Positions 28,324 through 38,186 of a DNA stretch of 53,907 nucleotides are shown piece after piece; position 1 is the stretch's first letter, and the number at the start of each line of letters is the position of its first letter. The notes under the pieces are model-generated. The model was not told the DNA's origin and ran no database searches. It was given only the letters and a program-made list of their open reading frames with translations. This stretch comes from an uncultured bacterium (GTDB taxonomy: Bacteria; Fidelibacterota; Marinisomatia; Marinisomatales; UBA1611), in assembly GCA_964404235.1 (NCBI GenBank), contig CAYOJL010000004.1, positions 1-53,907 of the forward strand. The letters are read 5' to 3'. A program made the translations under genes and the position numbers.

Positions 28324-29490
28324 CTATTTAGTTACTTCCATAAATACTCTTTTAAAATTTCCCCCAAGTATTTTTTTCACATCCCTTACTGAATATCCTC
28401 TTTCAATCAATTTTTCAGTTATAATGGGCATCTTTCCAATATGCTCTATACCTTTTGGTAATGCTTCAACACCATCCCAGTCGGCTCCGATCCCTACATG
28501 ATCAACACCAATAAGATCTTTAATATAATCAATATGATCAATTACATCATTTAAGTCTGGAACGATCTCATCATAATATGAACGCAATAATTCACTTTTC
28601 TTATAATAACCGATCGTTGAATTCTCCCCATAAAGGTCATCGACTGAATCCAATAGAGCACTATGTAATTCTTTTAGACCCTGCTCTTTTTTGAAAAAAG
28701 TAGAATCTATGAAACCAGGATAAAAGTTGACAAAAACAACGCCACCATTGTCTTTTATAGCGAAGAGTTGTTCATCTTTAAGATTTCTAAATTGTGGACA
28801 TAAACTATAGACAGACGAGTGTGAGGCTATGATCGGTTTTGTTGTAATCGATAATATATCTAATACAGTTTGCTCACCCGCATGCGATATGTCTATCATG
28901 ATCCCAAGCTTATTGCATCTACGTATCACATCTTTACCAAATTCAGTTAAACCAATAAACTCTAATGAATCTTTATTCTTAGTCTCATCTTTTGCTGAAG
29001 TAGCCCATTCATTTGAATTATTCCAGGTCACACCCAGATATCGCATGCCTCTTTTATACAAAGCTTCTAATTTTGCCAAATCATTTTCTATCATGTGCCC
29101 GCCTTCAACTCCGATCATGCATGATAAGATATTTTTCTGATCATAATAGACAATATCCTGATAATTGAATGGGATCGCCCATTGATCAGGCACCCTTGAA
29201 CAAAGATATTCAAGCTGATCGATCATTACATTGGCTTGTTGATAGTATTGACCTTTGAATTCTGTGGGATCCACATAGATGGAAAAGACCTGAAGATCAA
29301 CTCCTCCTTTTTTAAACTTTGGAAGATCAGAGTGGCTTTCAGGAAGATCGGTGAGGATATCTCGTCCAGTAAGCGAACGCAGTAGAACATCATTATGAGT
29401 ATCTGCAACAAATGCTGATTCATGAATTTGGCTGGTATCTGATTCACAAGATATGAAAAGAATGATAAAGATCAGTAAAATATTCTTCAT
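28324..29490 (-). CDS. Membrane dipeptidase (peptidase M19), predicted lipoprotein
   Basis: Lipobox FISC, and ADTHNDVL plus later His/Asp motifs of the renal-dipeptidase family. There is a 4-nt overlap with kmo. Confidence 0.88.
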   Translation of the reverse strand: MKNILLIFIILFISCESDTSQIHESAFVADTHNDVLLRSLTGRDILTDLPESHSDLPKFKKGGVDLQVFSIYVDPTEFKGQYYQQANVMIDQLEYLCSRVPDQWAIPFNYQDIVYYDQKNILSCMIGVEGGHMIENDLAKLEALYKRGMRYLGVTWNNSNEWATSAKDETKNKDSLEFIGLTEFGKDVIRRCNKLGIMIDISHAGEQTVLDILSITTKPIIASHSSVYSLCPQFRNLKDEQLFAIKDNGGVVFVNFYPGFIDSTFFKKEQGLKELHSALLDSVDDLYGENSTIGYYKKSELLRSYYDEIVPDLNDVIDHIDYIKDLIGVDHVGIGADWDGVEALPKGIEHIGKMPIITEKLIERGYSVRDVKKILGGNFKRVFMEVTK

Positions 29491-30815
29491 TGGATTGGAG
29501 TTAATTGGCTTAAAATATTTTCATATAATTTAGACTCTGTGATATCTCCTGACAAATAGTCATCCATCATCTTAAGTTGAAGTAAGCCCCTTTTATAAAC
29601 TTCCGTATAGGGCATAGTATGGAATGAGACCATGGAATATCTAGGAATAAATCTGTCTCTGAATTGTGTTTCTAAACTGAATTCTAACTCTCTTCTATTC
29701 TTATAGACCGGGTCATTGACAGAATCTCTCATTTCCAGATAATTCTCCAATGCCATATCTGCTATAGCATGACCATTTGGAACATGATTCTTTGAAAATT
29801 CAGAAAATATCATCCCCCAATCACCATGAAATTCTTCTATCAAGTTATTGATCACCGTACAATCTTGGAATGAGGCATTCATCCCTTGTCCAAAAAATGG
29901 AACGATCGCATGGGCAGCATCTCCAAAAATAACCAACTTGTCCTGGTAATTCCATTTATCACAATAAACCGTAGCCAGAGAACCAACAGGATTTTGTTGA
30001 TATTCCTCCACTAGATCTGGAATCAGATCAATTGTATCTGAAAAATAGGAATTAAAAAGATCATATATCTGATCATCGGATGTGATACTTGAAAAACTGG
30101 TATTACCATCCATTGGGAAGAATAATGTACAAGTAAAAGAACGATCCATATTTGGCAAAGCAATGAGCATGAAATCTCCTCTCGGCCATATATGCAATGC
30201 CTCAGGATCCATCTTGAAGTCCCCATCAGCAGTGGCAGGGATTGAAAGTTCCTTATAGCCATGCCCTAATGGTTTCTTTTGAAAATTAATCGAAGACCAT
30301 TCATTAATGCAATTTCGTATACATGAAGAGGATCCGTCAGACCCCATAACTCTATTGAAAGAAACCCTTTTATTATTCTTAAAAATGAGTTCTGAATTAT
30401 TAAGATCAATATTTTTAAGGGTATGGTCAAAATAGATCTTAACATTTCCAGATTCTTCAATATGGTCCATCAAACTCATATTAAGATATCCACGAGATAC
30501 CGAATAGATGACCTCATCTTCTGTCTGCCCATATGATTGTAGATGTGTCTTACCATCCAGATCATGGATCATGCGGCCTTTCATAGGCAACAATTGAGAT
30601 TGAATTTCTCTAAAAATACCTATGTCCTTAAGCGCTTCTATTCCTCTTTTTGATAATGCTAGGTTGATAGAACGTCCTGCTGATTGTTGTATAACTCTCA
30701 TATCTGGACGTCTTTCATAAATATCTACTCTATACCCATGATCTGATAGGTATTGTGCCATAACCGGACCTGCTAGCCCTGCACCAATTAATGAAATATG
30801 TTCCTTATCGACCAA
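29487..30815 (-). CDS. kmo: Kynurenine 3-monooxygenase (FAD)
   Basis: ISLIGAGLAGPV...YERR dinucleotide fold, FGDAAHAIVPFFGQGMN, and KMO length. The start codon is TTG. Confidence 0.9.
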   Translation of the reverse strand: MVDKEHISLIGAGLAGPVMAQYLSDHGYRVDIYERRPDMRVIQQSAGRSINLALSKRGIEALKDIGIFREIQSQLLPMKGRMIHDLDGKTHLQSYGQTEDEVIYSVSRGYLNMSLMDHIEESGNVKIYFDHTLKNIDLNNSELIFKNNKRVSFNRVMGSDGSSSCIRNCINEWSSINFQKKPLGHGYKELSIPATADGDFKMDPEALHIWPRGDFMLIALPNMDRSFTCTLFFPMDGNTSFSSITSDDQIYDLFNSYFSDTIDLIPDLVEEYQQNPVGSLATVYCDKWNYQDKLVIFGDAAHAIVPFFGQGMNASFQDCTVINNLIEEFHGDWGMIFSEFSKNHVPNGHAIADMALENYLEMRDSVNDPVYKNRRELEFSLETQFRDRFIPRYSMVSFHTMPYTEVYKRGLLQLKMMDDYLSGDITESKLYENILSQLTPIQ

Positions 30816-32046
30816 TTGCTTTCTTTAATATTTCAACAAATTCAAATACTTCAGTAAATGTATTAAATAAGGGATGAGGTGCCACACGGATGACATCAGG
30901 ATTTCGCCAATCACAGACCACACCTTGTTCTGAAAGATGATCAAATACATCTTTTCCACCTGGCACCACGATAGAAAGTTGACAACCTCTAGCTTCAGGT
31001 GTAATGACATCCACGTTTGTAAGATATTCTTTGATCAAATATTCCATATAAGATGATAGCTCTTTACCTTTATCACGTATAGCATTCATTCCAACTGTAT
31101 CATAGATCTCCATAGAAGCTAATAAGGGTGCCATTCCCATAACTGGTGCATTACTGACCTGCCAGCCTTCAGAAGTTAAAATTGGATCAAAGACCGATGG
31201 CATCTGAAATCTTGAATCTTTATTGTGACCCCACCAACCAAGAAACCTAGGTCCATCCCAATCATGATGACGTTCATGGATAAAAACACCCGATGGACTT
31301 CCTGGACCAGCACAAAGATACTTATATGTACACCAAGCAGAAAAATCTATATCCCAATCATGCAACCTTAAAGGTAGATTACCAACACTATGAGCTAGAT
31401 TGAATCCAACGATGGCTCCTTTTGAGCGACCAACCTTTGTTATCTCTTCCATATCAAATGCTTGACCGGTATAATAATTCACGCCACCTAAATAGATGAG
31501 GGACAGTTCATCCCCATGATCATGAATAGAAGAAAGAATATCCTCATGACGTAAGATCTTTTCATCTTTCCTTGGTTCAAGTTCAATCAAGGCCAACTCT
31601 GGATCATATCCATGGAATCTTATCTGACTTTGTATGGCATAATGATCTGAAGGGAAGGCATCTTTTTCGATCATGATCTTATATTTTTTTTCATTAGGCT
31701 GATAAAATGAGACCAATAAGAAATGAATATTGACTGTCAGAGCATTCATTACAACTACCTCTGGAATCAAAGCGCCAACTAATTTTGCGGTAGACCCTGC
31801 AAGCCTTTCATGAAATGCTATCCATCGGGTTTCCTGACCAAGGACACCCTTTTCGGCCCAAATGGATAACTCTTTTGTTATGTGAGAAGGAACTGTTTTC
31901 GGTTGAAGTCCTAGTGAATTACCACAGAAATAGATCAGATCTTTACCACTACTATCTTTTGGATAATTGAATTGATCACGGTATTCACTTAGTCCATCCT
32001 GTTGGTCTAGAGAATTTGCAAATGATCTTGAATCCTCGTAGTTCAT
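30805..32046 (-). CDS. kynU: Kynureninase (PLP)
   Basis: YFCGNSLGLQP...CTYKYLCAGPGS, typical of kynureninase. Confidence 0.92.
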   Translation of the reverse strand: MNYEDSRSFANSLDQQDGLSEYRDQFNYPKDSSGKDLIYFCGNSLGLQPKTVPSHITKELSIWAEKGVLGQETRWIAFHERLAGSTAKLVGALIPEVVVMNALTVNIHFLLVSFYQPNEKKYKIMIEKDAFPSDHYAIQSQIRFHGYDPELALIELEPRKDEKILRHEDILSSIHDHGDELSLIYLGGVNYYTGQAFDMEEITKVGRSKGAIVGFNLAHSVGNLPLRLHDWDIDFSAWCTYKYLCAGPGSPSGVFIHERHHDWDGPRFLGWWGHNKDSRFQMPSVFDPILTSEGWQVSNAPVMGMAPLLASMEIYDTVGMNAIRDKGKELSSYMEYLIKEYLTNVDVITPEARGCQLSIVVPGGKDVFDHLSEQGVVCDWRNPDVIRVAPHPLFNTFTEVFEFVEILKKAIGR

Positions 32047-33050
32047 TTAAAGTGGTCGTATGGCAGAGCTAACCAATCCAAGGCATTCTTATATAATAAA
32101 TTATCTCGCACATTCTTGGAAAGACTTGATGATTCTATCAAAAGTCCAGGTTCGGTTTCACCAAGAGGAAACGGGTAATCTGAACCCAAGGCGATCTTCT
32201 TGTCACCTATCTTATCAATAAGATAGTTCAACATATCAATATCATGCACCAATGAGTCAACCCAGAATTTTCCTACATAGTCTATTGGAGCCACCTTATT
32301 GTCAATTGCACAAAGATCTGGACGAACATCAAACCCATGTTGGATCCTACCTATTGTTGTAGGGAATGCTCCTCCTCCGTGAGCAAAGGCCACCCTTAGT
32401 TCAGGCAATCTTTCAAATACACCACCAAAGATCATTGAACAGATAGCCCTACTTGTTTCAGCCGGCATACCAACTAACCAAGGAAGCCAATATCTTTCCA
32501 TTTGCTCTTTACCCATTATATCCCATGGATGAATAAAAATAGATGCACCTAGATCTGACGCTGCTTCAAAGATATGAAAGAAGGCTGGGTCACTTAAATT
32601 ATTACCATTAATGTTTGATCCGATCTGTACACCAGCTAAGCCGAGATCATTTATACACCTCTCCAATTCACTGATTGCTAACTTTTCATCCTGCATGGGT
32701 ATGGTACCCAATCCAATGAACCGGTTTGGATATTGATCAACTGTCTTTGCTATATCATTATTCAGTATCTTTGATAGCTTATGAGTATGTTTTGATTCTG
32801 CCCAATAGCTAAACATCACTGGCACAGTAGAGAGTACCTGTATATCTACGTTATCATCATCACAATCATTTATCCGAGCAAGAGGATCCCAACAATTGCA
32901 TTCAACGATACGAAAACACTCTCCATTCTTCATCATACGTGCAGTACCTTCTGAGGCGTGATCTAAACTGATCCAACCACCATATCCAAATTCACTCTCC
33001 AGATCTGGACAATGCTCTGGAAGGATATGAGTATGAATATCAATTTTCAA
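32043..33050 (-). CDS. 2-amino-3-carboxymuconate-6-semialdehyde decarboxylase (amidohydrolase_2)
   Basis: MKIDIHTHILP, the ACMSD-like length, and its position in the cluster. Confidence 0.85.
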   Translation of the reverse strand: MKIDIHTHILPEHCPDLESEFGYGGWISLDHASEGTARMMKNGECFRIVECNCWDPLARINDCDDDNVDIQVLSTVPVMFSYWAESKHTHKLSKILNNDIAKTVDQYPNRFIGLGTIPMQDEKLAISELERCINDLGLAGVQIGSNINGNNLSDPAFFHIFEAASDLGASIFIHPWDIMGKEQMERYWLPWLVGMPAETSRAICSMIFGGVFERLPELRVAFAHGGGAFPTTIGRIQHGFDVRPDLCAIDNKVAPIDYVGKFWVDSLVHDIDMLNYLIDKIGDKKIALGSDYPFPLGETEPGLLIESSSLSKNVRDNLLYKNALDWLALPYDHFK

Positions 33051-33056
33051 AACAGA

Positions 33057-33572
33057 TCAATTTGGAGGGTCTTGCACTGTTCCGCATGATTCGCAGGTTC
33101 TTGCATTTATATTGTTCCAGTAGGTATCGAACAAAGGTGGAAGCTGAGTAACAATATCCTCCAGATCTAAGGCCACCTCATGAAGCAGCTGATCACAATG
33201 ATCACAGTACCACTGGAAGGCATCCAATGCCCCTTCTTCTCTTTTGTATTCAATAACTAGTCCAACCGTATTCTCGAATCTTTGCGGTGAATGTGGAATA
33301 TTTTTAGGGAGCAAGAATATCTCACCTTCTTTGATCGATATATCGATCTTTTTCCCATTTTCAATAATTTTTAGGACCATGTCCCCTTCTAACTGATAGA
33401 AGAACTCTTCTACTGGATCTACATGATAGTCTTTTCGTGAATTAGGTCCCCCAACAACCATGACCATAAAGTCACCATCATCATAGACAACCTTATTACC
33501 AACTGGAGGCTTTAAAAGATGACGATTTTCCTCGATCCAATTTTTAAAATTAAGTGGAGAATTCAATTTCAT
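33057..33572 (-). CDS. 3-hydroxyanthranilate 3,4-dioxygenase
   Basis: Cupin HVDPVEEFFYQLEGDM...PHSPQR, plus a C-terminal rubredoxin-like CDHC...CESC site as in bacterial HAO. Confidence 0.92.
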   Translation of the reverse strand: MKLNSPLNFKNWIEENRHLLKPPVGNKVVYDDGDFMVMVVGGPNSRKDYHVDPVEEFFYQLEGDMVLKIIENGKKIDISIKEGEIFLLPKNIPHSPQRFENTVGLVIEYKREEGALDAFQWYCDHCDQLLHEVALDLEDIVTQLPPLFDTYWNNINARTCESCGTVQDPPN

Positions 33573-33574
33573 CT

Positions 33575-33997
33575 CTATTCACTGTCAATGGTTGCTATAC
33601 ACTTTAACTCGATCGCAATAGGAGTAGGAAGAGATGTGACCTCAACCGTTGTTCTACAGGGTTGGTTATCTTGGAAGTAAGATGCATAGATCTCATTATA
33701 AATATCAAAGTCTCTCTTCATATTTGTTAAGAAAACAGTTACATCAACAAGGTTATCCCAGCTACTGCCTGCCTCTTCCAATATGAGCCTGATATTTTCA
33801 AATACAGAGTGGCACTGTGCCTCTATATCATGACCTAGCGCATTACCTTGTCCATCCATCATTACACCTGGTATCACATTAGTGCCTGGTCTTCTTGGAC
33901 CCACACCTGATAAGAATAACAAATTCCCTACTTTTCTTGCGTGAGGGTAACTCCCAACAGGATCAGGAGCTTTATTTGTCTTGATCTTATCATTCAT
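33575..33997 (-). CDS. RidA/YjgF-family deaminase (2-aminomuconate deaminase by context)
   Basis: RidA fold motifs (PCRTTVEV...ELKCIA) and its position in the kynurenine operon. Confidence 0.8.
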   Translation of the reverse strand: MNDKIKTNKAPDPVGSYPHARKVGNLLFLSGVGPRRPGTNVIPGVMMDGQGNALGHDIEAQCHSVFENIRLILEEAGSSWDNLVDVTVFLTNMKRDFDIYNEIYASYFQDNQPCRTTVEVTSLPTPIAIELKCIATIDSE

Positions 33998-34365
33998 GAT
34001 CTTGAATCTCTAATATCTTGTAATTCTTTCCAAGTTGCTTCATTAGCACAAAGTCGATCTACTACTCCATTATTAATGATCGATGTTTCAAAGATCTCAT
34101 CAACATCTTGAACCTTAACACGAGTATACCAAATATTATCTGGATAAATTACAACAGCTGCTCCCAATTCGCAGACATCCAAACAACCACTTTTGTTTGC
34201 CCTTACTTGTCCTTTTAATCCATGCTGATTGATCAGTTGCACAAATCTCATTCTAATATCCATACCACCACATCTATGACAATCACCCCTTGGGCTATCC
34301 TGAGGACGTTCATTCGTACAAATAAATATATGTTTATTATATTTGGGTGTCATACAGGCATACAA
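33994..34365 (-). CDS. Thioredoxin-like [2Fe-2S] ferredoxin
   Basis: HIFICTNER...CHRCGG...SGCLDVCELGAAVVIYP Cys pattern. It overlaps both neighbouring genes. Confidence 0.7.
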   Translation of the reverse strand: MYACMTPKYNKHIFICTNERPQDSPRGDCHRCGGMDIRMRFVQLINQHGLKGQVRANKSGCLDVCELGAAVVIYPDNIWYTRVKVQDVDEIFETSIINNGVVDRLCANEATWKELQDIRDSRS

Positions 34366-35792
34366 ATATTTTTCTGTTCTGTAAAAAATTTGAGCGCATC
34401 ATCGCCCCCTTCCCTTCCTAAACCTGAATTTTTCATACCTCCAAAAGGTGTTCTCAGATCTCGTAATAACCAGCAATTGATCCAAATAACGCCCGCATCG
34501 ATCCTTTTTGCAACCTTTTCTCCTTTTTCAATATCATTTGTCCAAACAGTTGCAGATAATCCATAATCAGTATTATTAGCCAGATCAATGGCGTCAGCTT
34601 CTGAATCAAAAGGTTGTAAGGTCACCACCGGGCCAAAGATCTCTTCCTGATTTACTCTACTTGAAGGGCCTAGATCTTCCACTAAAGTTGGTTCAATAAA
34701 CCATCCATTACTGCATCGACCTTCCAATTCTACTGTTTTCCCTCCAGCTATGATCTTACCACCTTCTTTTTTTGCCAATTCAATATAACTAACTACCTTT
34801 TGAAGATGATCTTCCGAGGAAATAGATCCAAATTGAGTCTCAATTTTTGAAGGATCACCTATTAGAAGTTCCGAAACTTTTATAGAAAGGTCCTTTTTAA
34901 ATTTTTCATAGATCGTTTGTTGAATCAAAAGGCGCGAACTGCATAAACAGATCTGGCCTTGATTTGAAAATGATGACCTAATAATATTATCTAGCATTGA
35001 TTCATAATCACAGTCATCAAAAATAATAGCTGGATTCTTGCCTCCCATCTCCAGTGATAATTTTTTAAATGTATTCGATGCATTCTCAAAGATCAATTTA
35101 CCAGTGGCCGTTCCTCCTGTAAAAGAGATCGCTTTGATCTCTTCATGTTTGACCAATAGATCTCCACAGGTATTCCCCCTACCATTTACAATATTTAAAA
35201 CACCAGGAGGTAGGCCTGCTTCTTTACATACATCTCCTAATATATACGCGGTGTAAGGTGCTAGCTCTGATGGTTTTGCGATAACCGTATTACCCGCGAT
35301 CAACGCAGGCGCGATCTTCCATGTAAATAAATAAAGAGGCAAATTCCAAGGTGAGATACATGCCACAACCCCAAGAGGGGTTCTTTTGATATGATTTTGT
35401 GATGCTCCGCTATTTAGATGAGAATTGAACTCAAAATTCTCACCATGTTCAGCAAAAAATTTAAAATTAAGAACTGATCTTGGGATATCAAGAGACCGCG
35501 AAAGTGAAATAGGCTTCCCAGTATCTCTGGATTCGAATTCTGCAAATTCATCTAACCTCTTTTCGATACCTTTAGCAATATTATTTAAATGAACCGCTCT
35601 TTCAGATACGTTTAGATCTGACCAAACAGGAAATGCCATCTTTGCAGATATGACCGCATGGTCTATATCATTTGCATTTGAATCCTTCAACTGACCGTAT
35701 ATCTCTCCAGTTGCTGGCTCATATATATCTATAAATTCACTTGAATCACTAGGAACATGCTGACCATTAACAAAATTTTGGACCAGTTCCAT
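34350..35792 (-). CDS. Aldehyde dehydrogenase (2-aminomuconate semialdehyde dehydrogenase by context)
   Basis: ALDH motifs SLEMGGKNP and FSNQGQICLCSSR (catalytic Cys). 480 aa. Confidence 0.85.
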   Translation of the reverse strand: MELVQNFVNGQHVPSDSSEFIDIYEPATGEIYGQLKDSNANDIDHAVISAKMAFPVWSDLNVSERAVHLNNIAKGIEKRLDEFAEFESRDTGKPISLSRSLDIPRSVLNFKFFAEHGENFEFNSHLNSGASQNHIKRTPLGVVACISPWNLPLYLFTWKIAPALIAGNTVIAKPSELAPYTAYILGDVCKEAGLPPGVLNIVNGRGNTCGDLLVKHEEIKAISFTGGTATGKLIFENASNTFKKLSLEMGGKNPAIIFDDCDYESMLDNIIRSSFSNQGQICLCSSRLLIQQTIYEKFKKDLSIKVSELLIGDPSKIETQFGSISSEDHLQKVVSYIELAKKEGGKIIAGGKTVELEGRCSNGWFIEPTLVEDLGPSSRVNQEEIFGPVVTLQPFDSEADAIDLANNTDYGLSATVWTNDIEKGEKVAKRIDAGVIWINCWLLRDLRTPFGGMKNSGLGREGGDDALKFFTEQKNICMPV

Positions 35793-35847
35793 CTTTATAT
35801 CAAGTATTCAAAGTTTTTGATATGCCAACTATACGTGCCCATTCTCA

Positions 35848-36636
35848 TCAAGCACCAAATCTTCCACCATCAACAGATAGATTATGTCCTGTTATATATC
35901 CGGATTCATCGGATGCCAAGAATGCTACTGTATTTGCTATTTCTTCTGGTGTTCCTAATCGTTTTAGTGAAGTGTTCTTTGCCCATACCTCACGTATCTC
36001 TTGAGGCGTAACGCCTAAAACCTCAGCTTTACTATTGGCCAGGTCTTGAAGTCGTGCTGTTGAAGTATATCCAGGTAAAATATTATTCACGCAGATACCA
36101 TATTCACCCAATTCAATCGCAAGTGTCTTACCCCACTGTGCCACACTACCTCTGATGGTATTGGATACACCAAGACCTGGGATCACTTGTTTTACTGAAG
36201 TGGAAATAATATTAATGATACGTCCTGCACCTTGTTCTCTCATTCCTGGAAAAACGGCTTTTGCCATTATTTGGTTACATATCAATAAACGCTCAAAAGC
36301 GATCCTGAATTCATTTTCATCAGCTTCAATGATTGGCCCACCATGAGGACCGCCAGAGTTATTGACCAGAATATCTACTGTTTTACCTAATGATCCTATA
36401 TGCGAGGTCACCCTTTCTTTTACTTTTTCTGGCTGATCAAAATCAACACATACAGTTTGATGTTGCTGTCCTTGCTTAGTATTTAGCTCTAATAATGTAG
36501 AATCAAGTTTTTCCTGGTCCCTAGCAACTAGAGTGACTTCACACCCTCGCTGTGCCATTATAATTGCGGATGCTTTTCCAATTCCATCCGAACTACCACA
36601 AACGATAGCATGTTTATTTTCTAATGATAAATTCAT
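35848..36636 (-). CDS. Atypical SDR-family oxidoreductase lacking the canonical Tyr/Lys catalytic pair
   Basis: VCGSSDGIGKA cofactor motif and NNSGG are present. The YxxxK position reads SNTIR in a gap-free alignment with FabG. Confidence 0.85.
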   Translation of the reverse strand: MNLSLENKHAIVCGSSDGIGKASAIIMAQRGCEVTLVARDQEKLDSTLLELNTKQGQQHQTVCVDFDQPEKVKERVTSHIGSLGKTVDILVNNSGGPHGGPIIEADENEFRIAFERLLICNQIMAKAVFPGMREQGAGRIINIISTSVKQVIPGLGVSNTIRGSVAQWGKTLAIELGEYGICVNNILPGYTSTARLQDLANSKAEVLGVTPQEIREVWAKNTSLKRLGTPEEIANTVAFLASDESGYITGHNLSVDGGRFGA

Positions 36637-37718
36637 GATTTAAAGTGATACCCCAGATTTTGTTTAATATGTTCAGGTAATTCAGGTAGAGCGGATCGTG
36701 GTATAAAGAATGTTGATAGATCTGCCAATTCAGCGAACACTTTATAACGCTCTGCTGTTGCTTGTAAATAGGCGTGCCCTGATGAACCACCCGTTCCTAT
36801 CTTCGCACCGATCATTCTTCTGACCATAAGTGCATGGCGCTGCCTCCAAGTTGTGAAAAGTTCATCCATATCCATGAGTCGTGATAAAAAATTAAATGGT
36901 GAATGAAGAATGGGTTCATCGCGATATAAAAAGATCAACAGCGCTGCCTGGGTTGCTTTATGAGATAAACGCTTTTTATTCTTTTCAACCAATTGATCAT
37001 GTTTTTTTGGATCGATCATAGCTTCAAAAGAGTCTACCGCACGTTGATGCTCCAATAAATGATATTCGATCTCACTATCTGAATAATTAGGATTACTTTT
37101 AATAACTTCCTTTTCTTTTTCAAGCATCGATCTAACAGCATCACTATACTGCTCCCAAAAATCAAACCCTTCAAATGATAGAAAAGGTGTACGTTCTAGC
37201 CAGTTCTCAAGTAATTCAAATAAAGACCTTTCATTTTCTGATCGCTCTACCTTTTCCTTTTCTTTATCTATTATTGCAGTTTTATAATCATTCCTGCCAT
37301 AATTGATCCTATGCCCTTGTGGGAGTCCTAGTTTATTCTCAAGGAGTCTAAATTGTGCACTTTGAAAACCAGATGAGGGGAAAAGATCATCCCTGAACTC
37401 TAGAAAATCCATGGCTGTCATGGTCTCTAGGACACGGACCTGATCGATCAATATCTTTTGTATCTCAATGATCCGGTCTAACCTTGCAACCGCAAGACTT
37501 ACATCTGATTCCACAACAGATCTCTTTTCAAAGATCACCAAAACAGAATTAAGTTCATGAATAACTTGTTTGAACCAAAGCTCGTAGACCTGATGAATAA
37601 TAATGAATAACATCTCATCATGAGCAGGAGTGCCACGTTCTGCACTTTTTAGTTCCTGACTATTTAAAATATCTTCCAATTTTAAATAATCACTGTAGTT
37701 TAATAGTTTTTTATTCAT
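36633..37718 (-). CDS. kynA: Tryptophan 2,3-dioxygenase
   Basis: YSDYLKLEDILNSQ...HDEMLFIIIHQVYELWFKQ...GTGGSSG is typical of TDO. Confidence 0.93.
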   Translation of the reverse strand: MNKKLLNYSDYLKLEDILNSQELKSAERGTPAHDEMLFIIIHQVYELWFKQVIHELNSVLVIFEKRSVVESDVSLAVARLDRIIEIQKILIDQVRVLETMTAMDFLEFRDDLFPSSGFQSAQFRLLENKLGLPQGHRINYGRNDYKTAIIDKEKEKVERSENERSLFELLENWLERTPFLSFEGFDFWEQYSDAVRSMLEKEKEVIKSNPNYSDSEIEYHLLEHQRAVDSFEAMIDPKKHDQLVEKNKKRLSHKATQAALLIFLYRDEPILHSPFNFLSRLMDMDELFTTWRQRHALMVRRMIGAKIGTGGSSGHAYLQATAERYKVFAELADLSTFFIPRSALPELPEHIKQNLGYHFKS

Positions 37719-37724
37719 TATCGA

Positions 37725-38066
37725 TTAATCCCACTCAAATCCGGAAACACTATCCGACCTTGCGCTTATCTCTATTGTATTATAGTCCTGCATCTCCGAA
37801 ATATAATAGTAGAGAAATTTTGTAGATTCTTCATCATCCAGCCATACAGAATCTGGGAAACCAAAGGTATCAAGTACATCCTTTTCGGAAGGATTTTCTT
37901 TCAGGAATTCCCATATCTCATACGCAGACATATAACCAAGGGTGTAGACGGTCTCTTGATTAGGCTGAGAGGCTGATGTTTTTGTTGGAGGCATTAAAAT
38001 TGGCTTAAGTTGGGGTGGTGTAGCACATGAAATAAAGAATCCAATTAATAATATGTGAAAGTACAT
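37725..38066 (-). CDS. Small lipoprotein, unknown function
   Basis: Lipobox FISC. It is the first gene of the co-directional kynurenine array. I recognise no motif. Confidence 0.5.
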   Translation of the reverse strand: MYFHILLIGFFISCATPPQLKPILMPPTKTSASQPNQETVYTLGYMSAYEIWEFLKENPSEKDVLDTFGFPDSVWLDDEESTKFLYYYISEMQDYNTIEISARSDSVSGFEWD

Positions 38067-38186
38067 TAGCTAAAAATACCTAGATTAAAATAATCCTACC
38101 AATAGATTATATCTATGATAATCTAGGCTTTCTTGACAAAAAGAAAAGTTTTACTTTTATATTCACATACAAGAGGAATAAATAGT

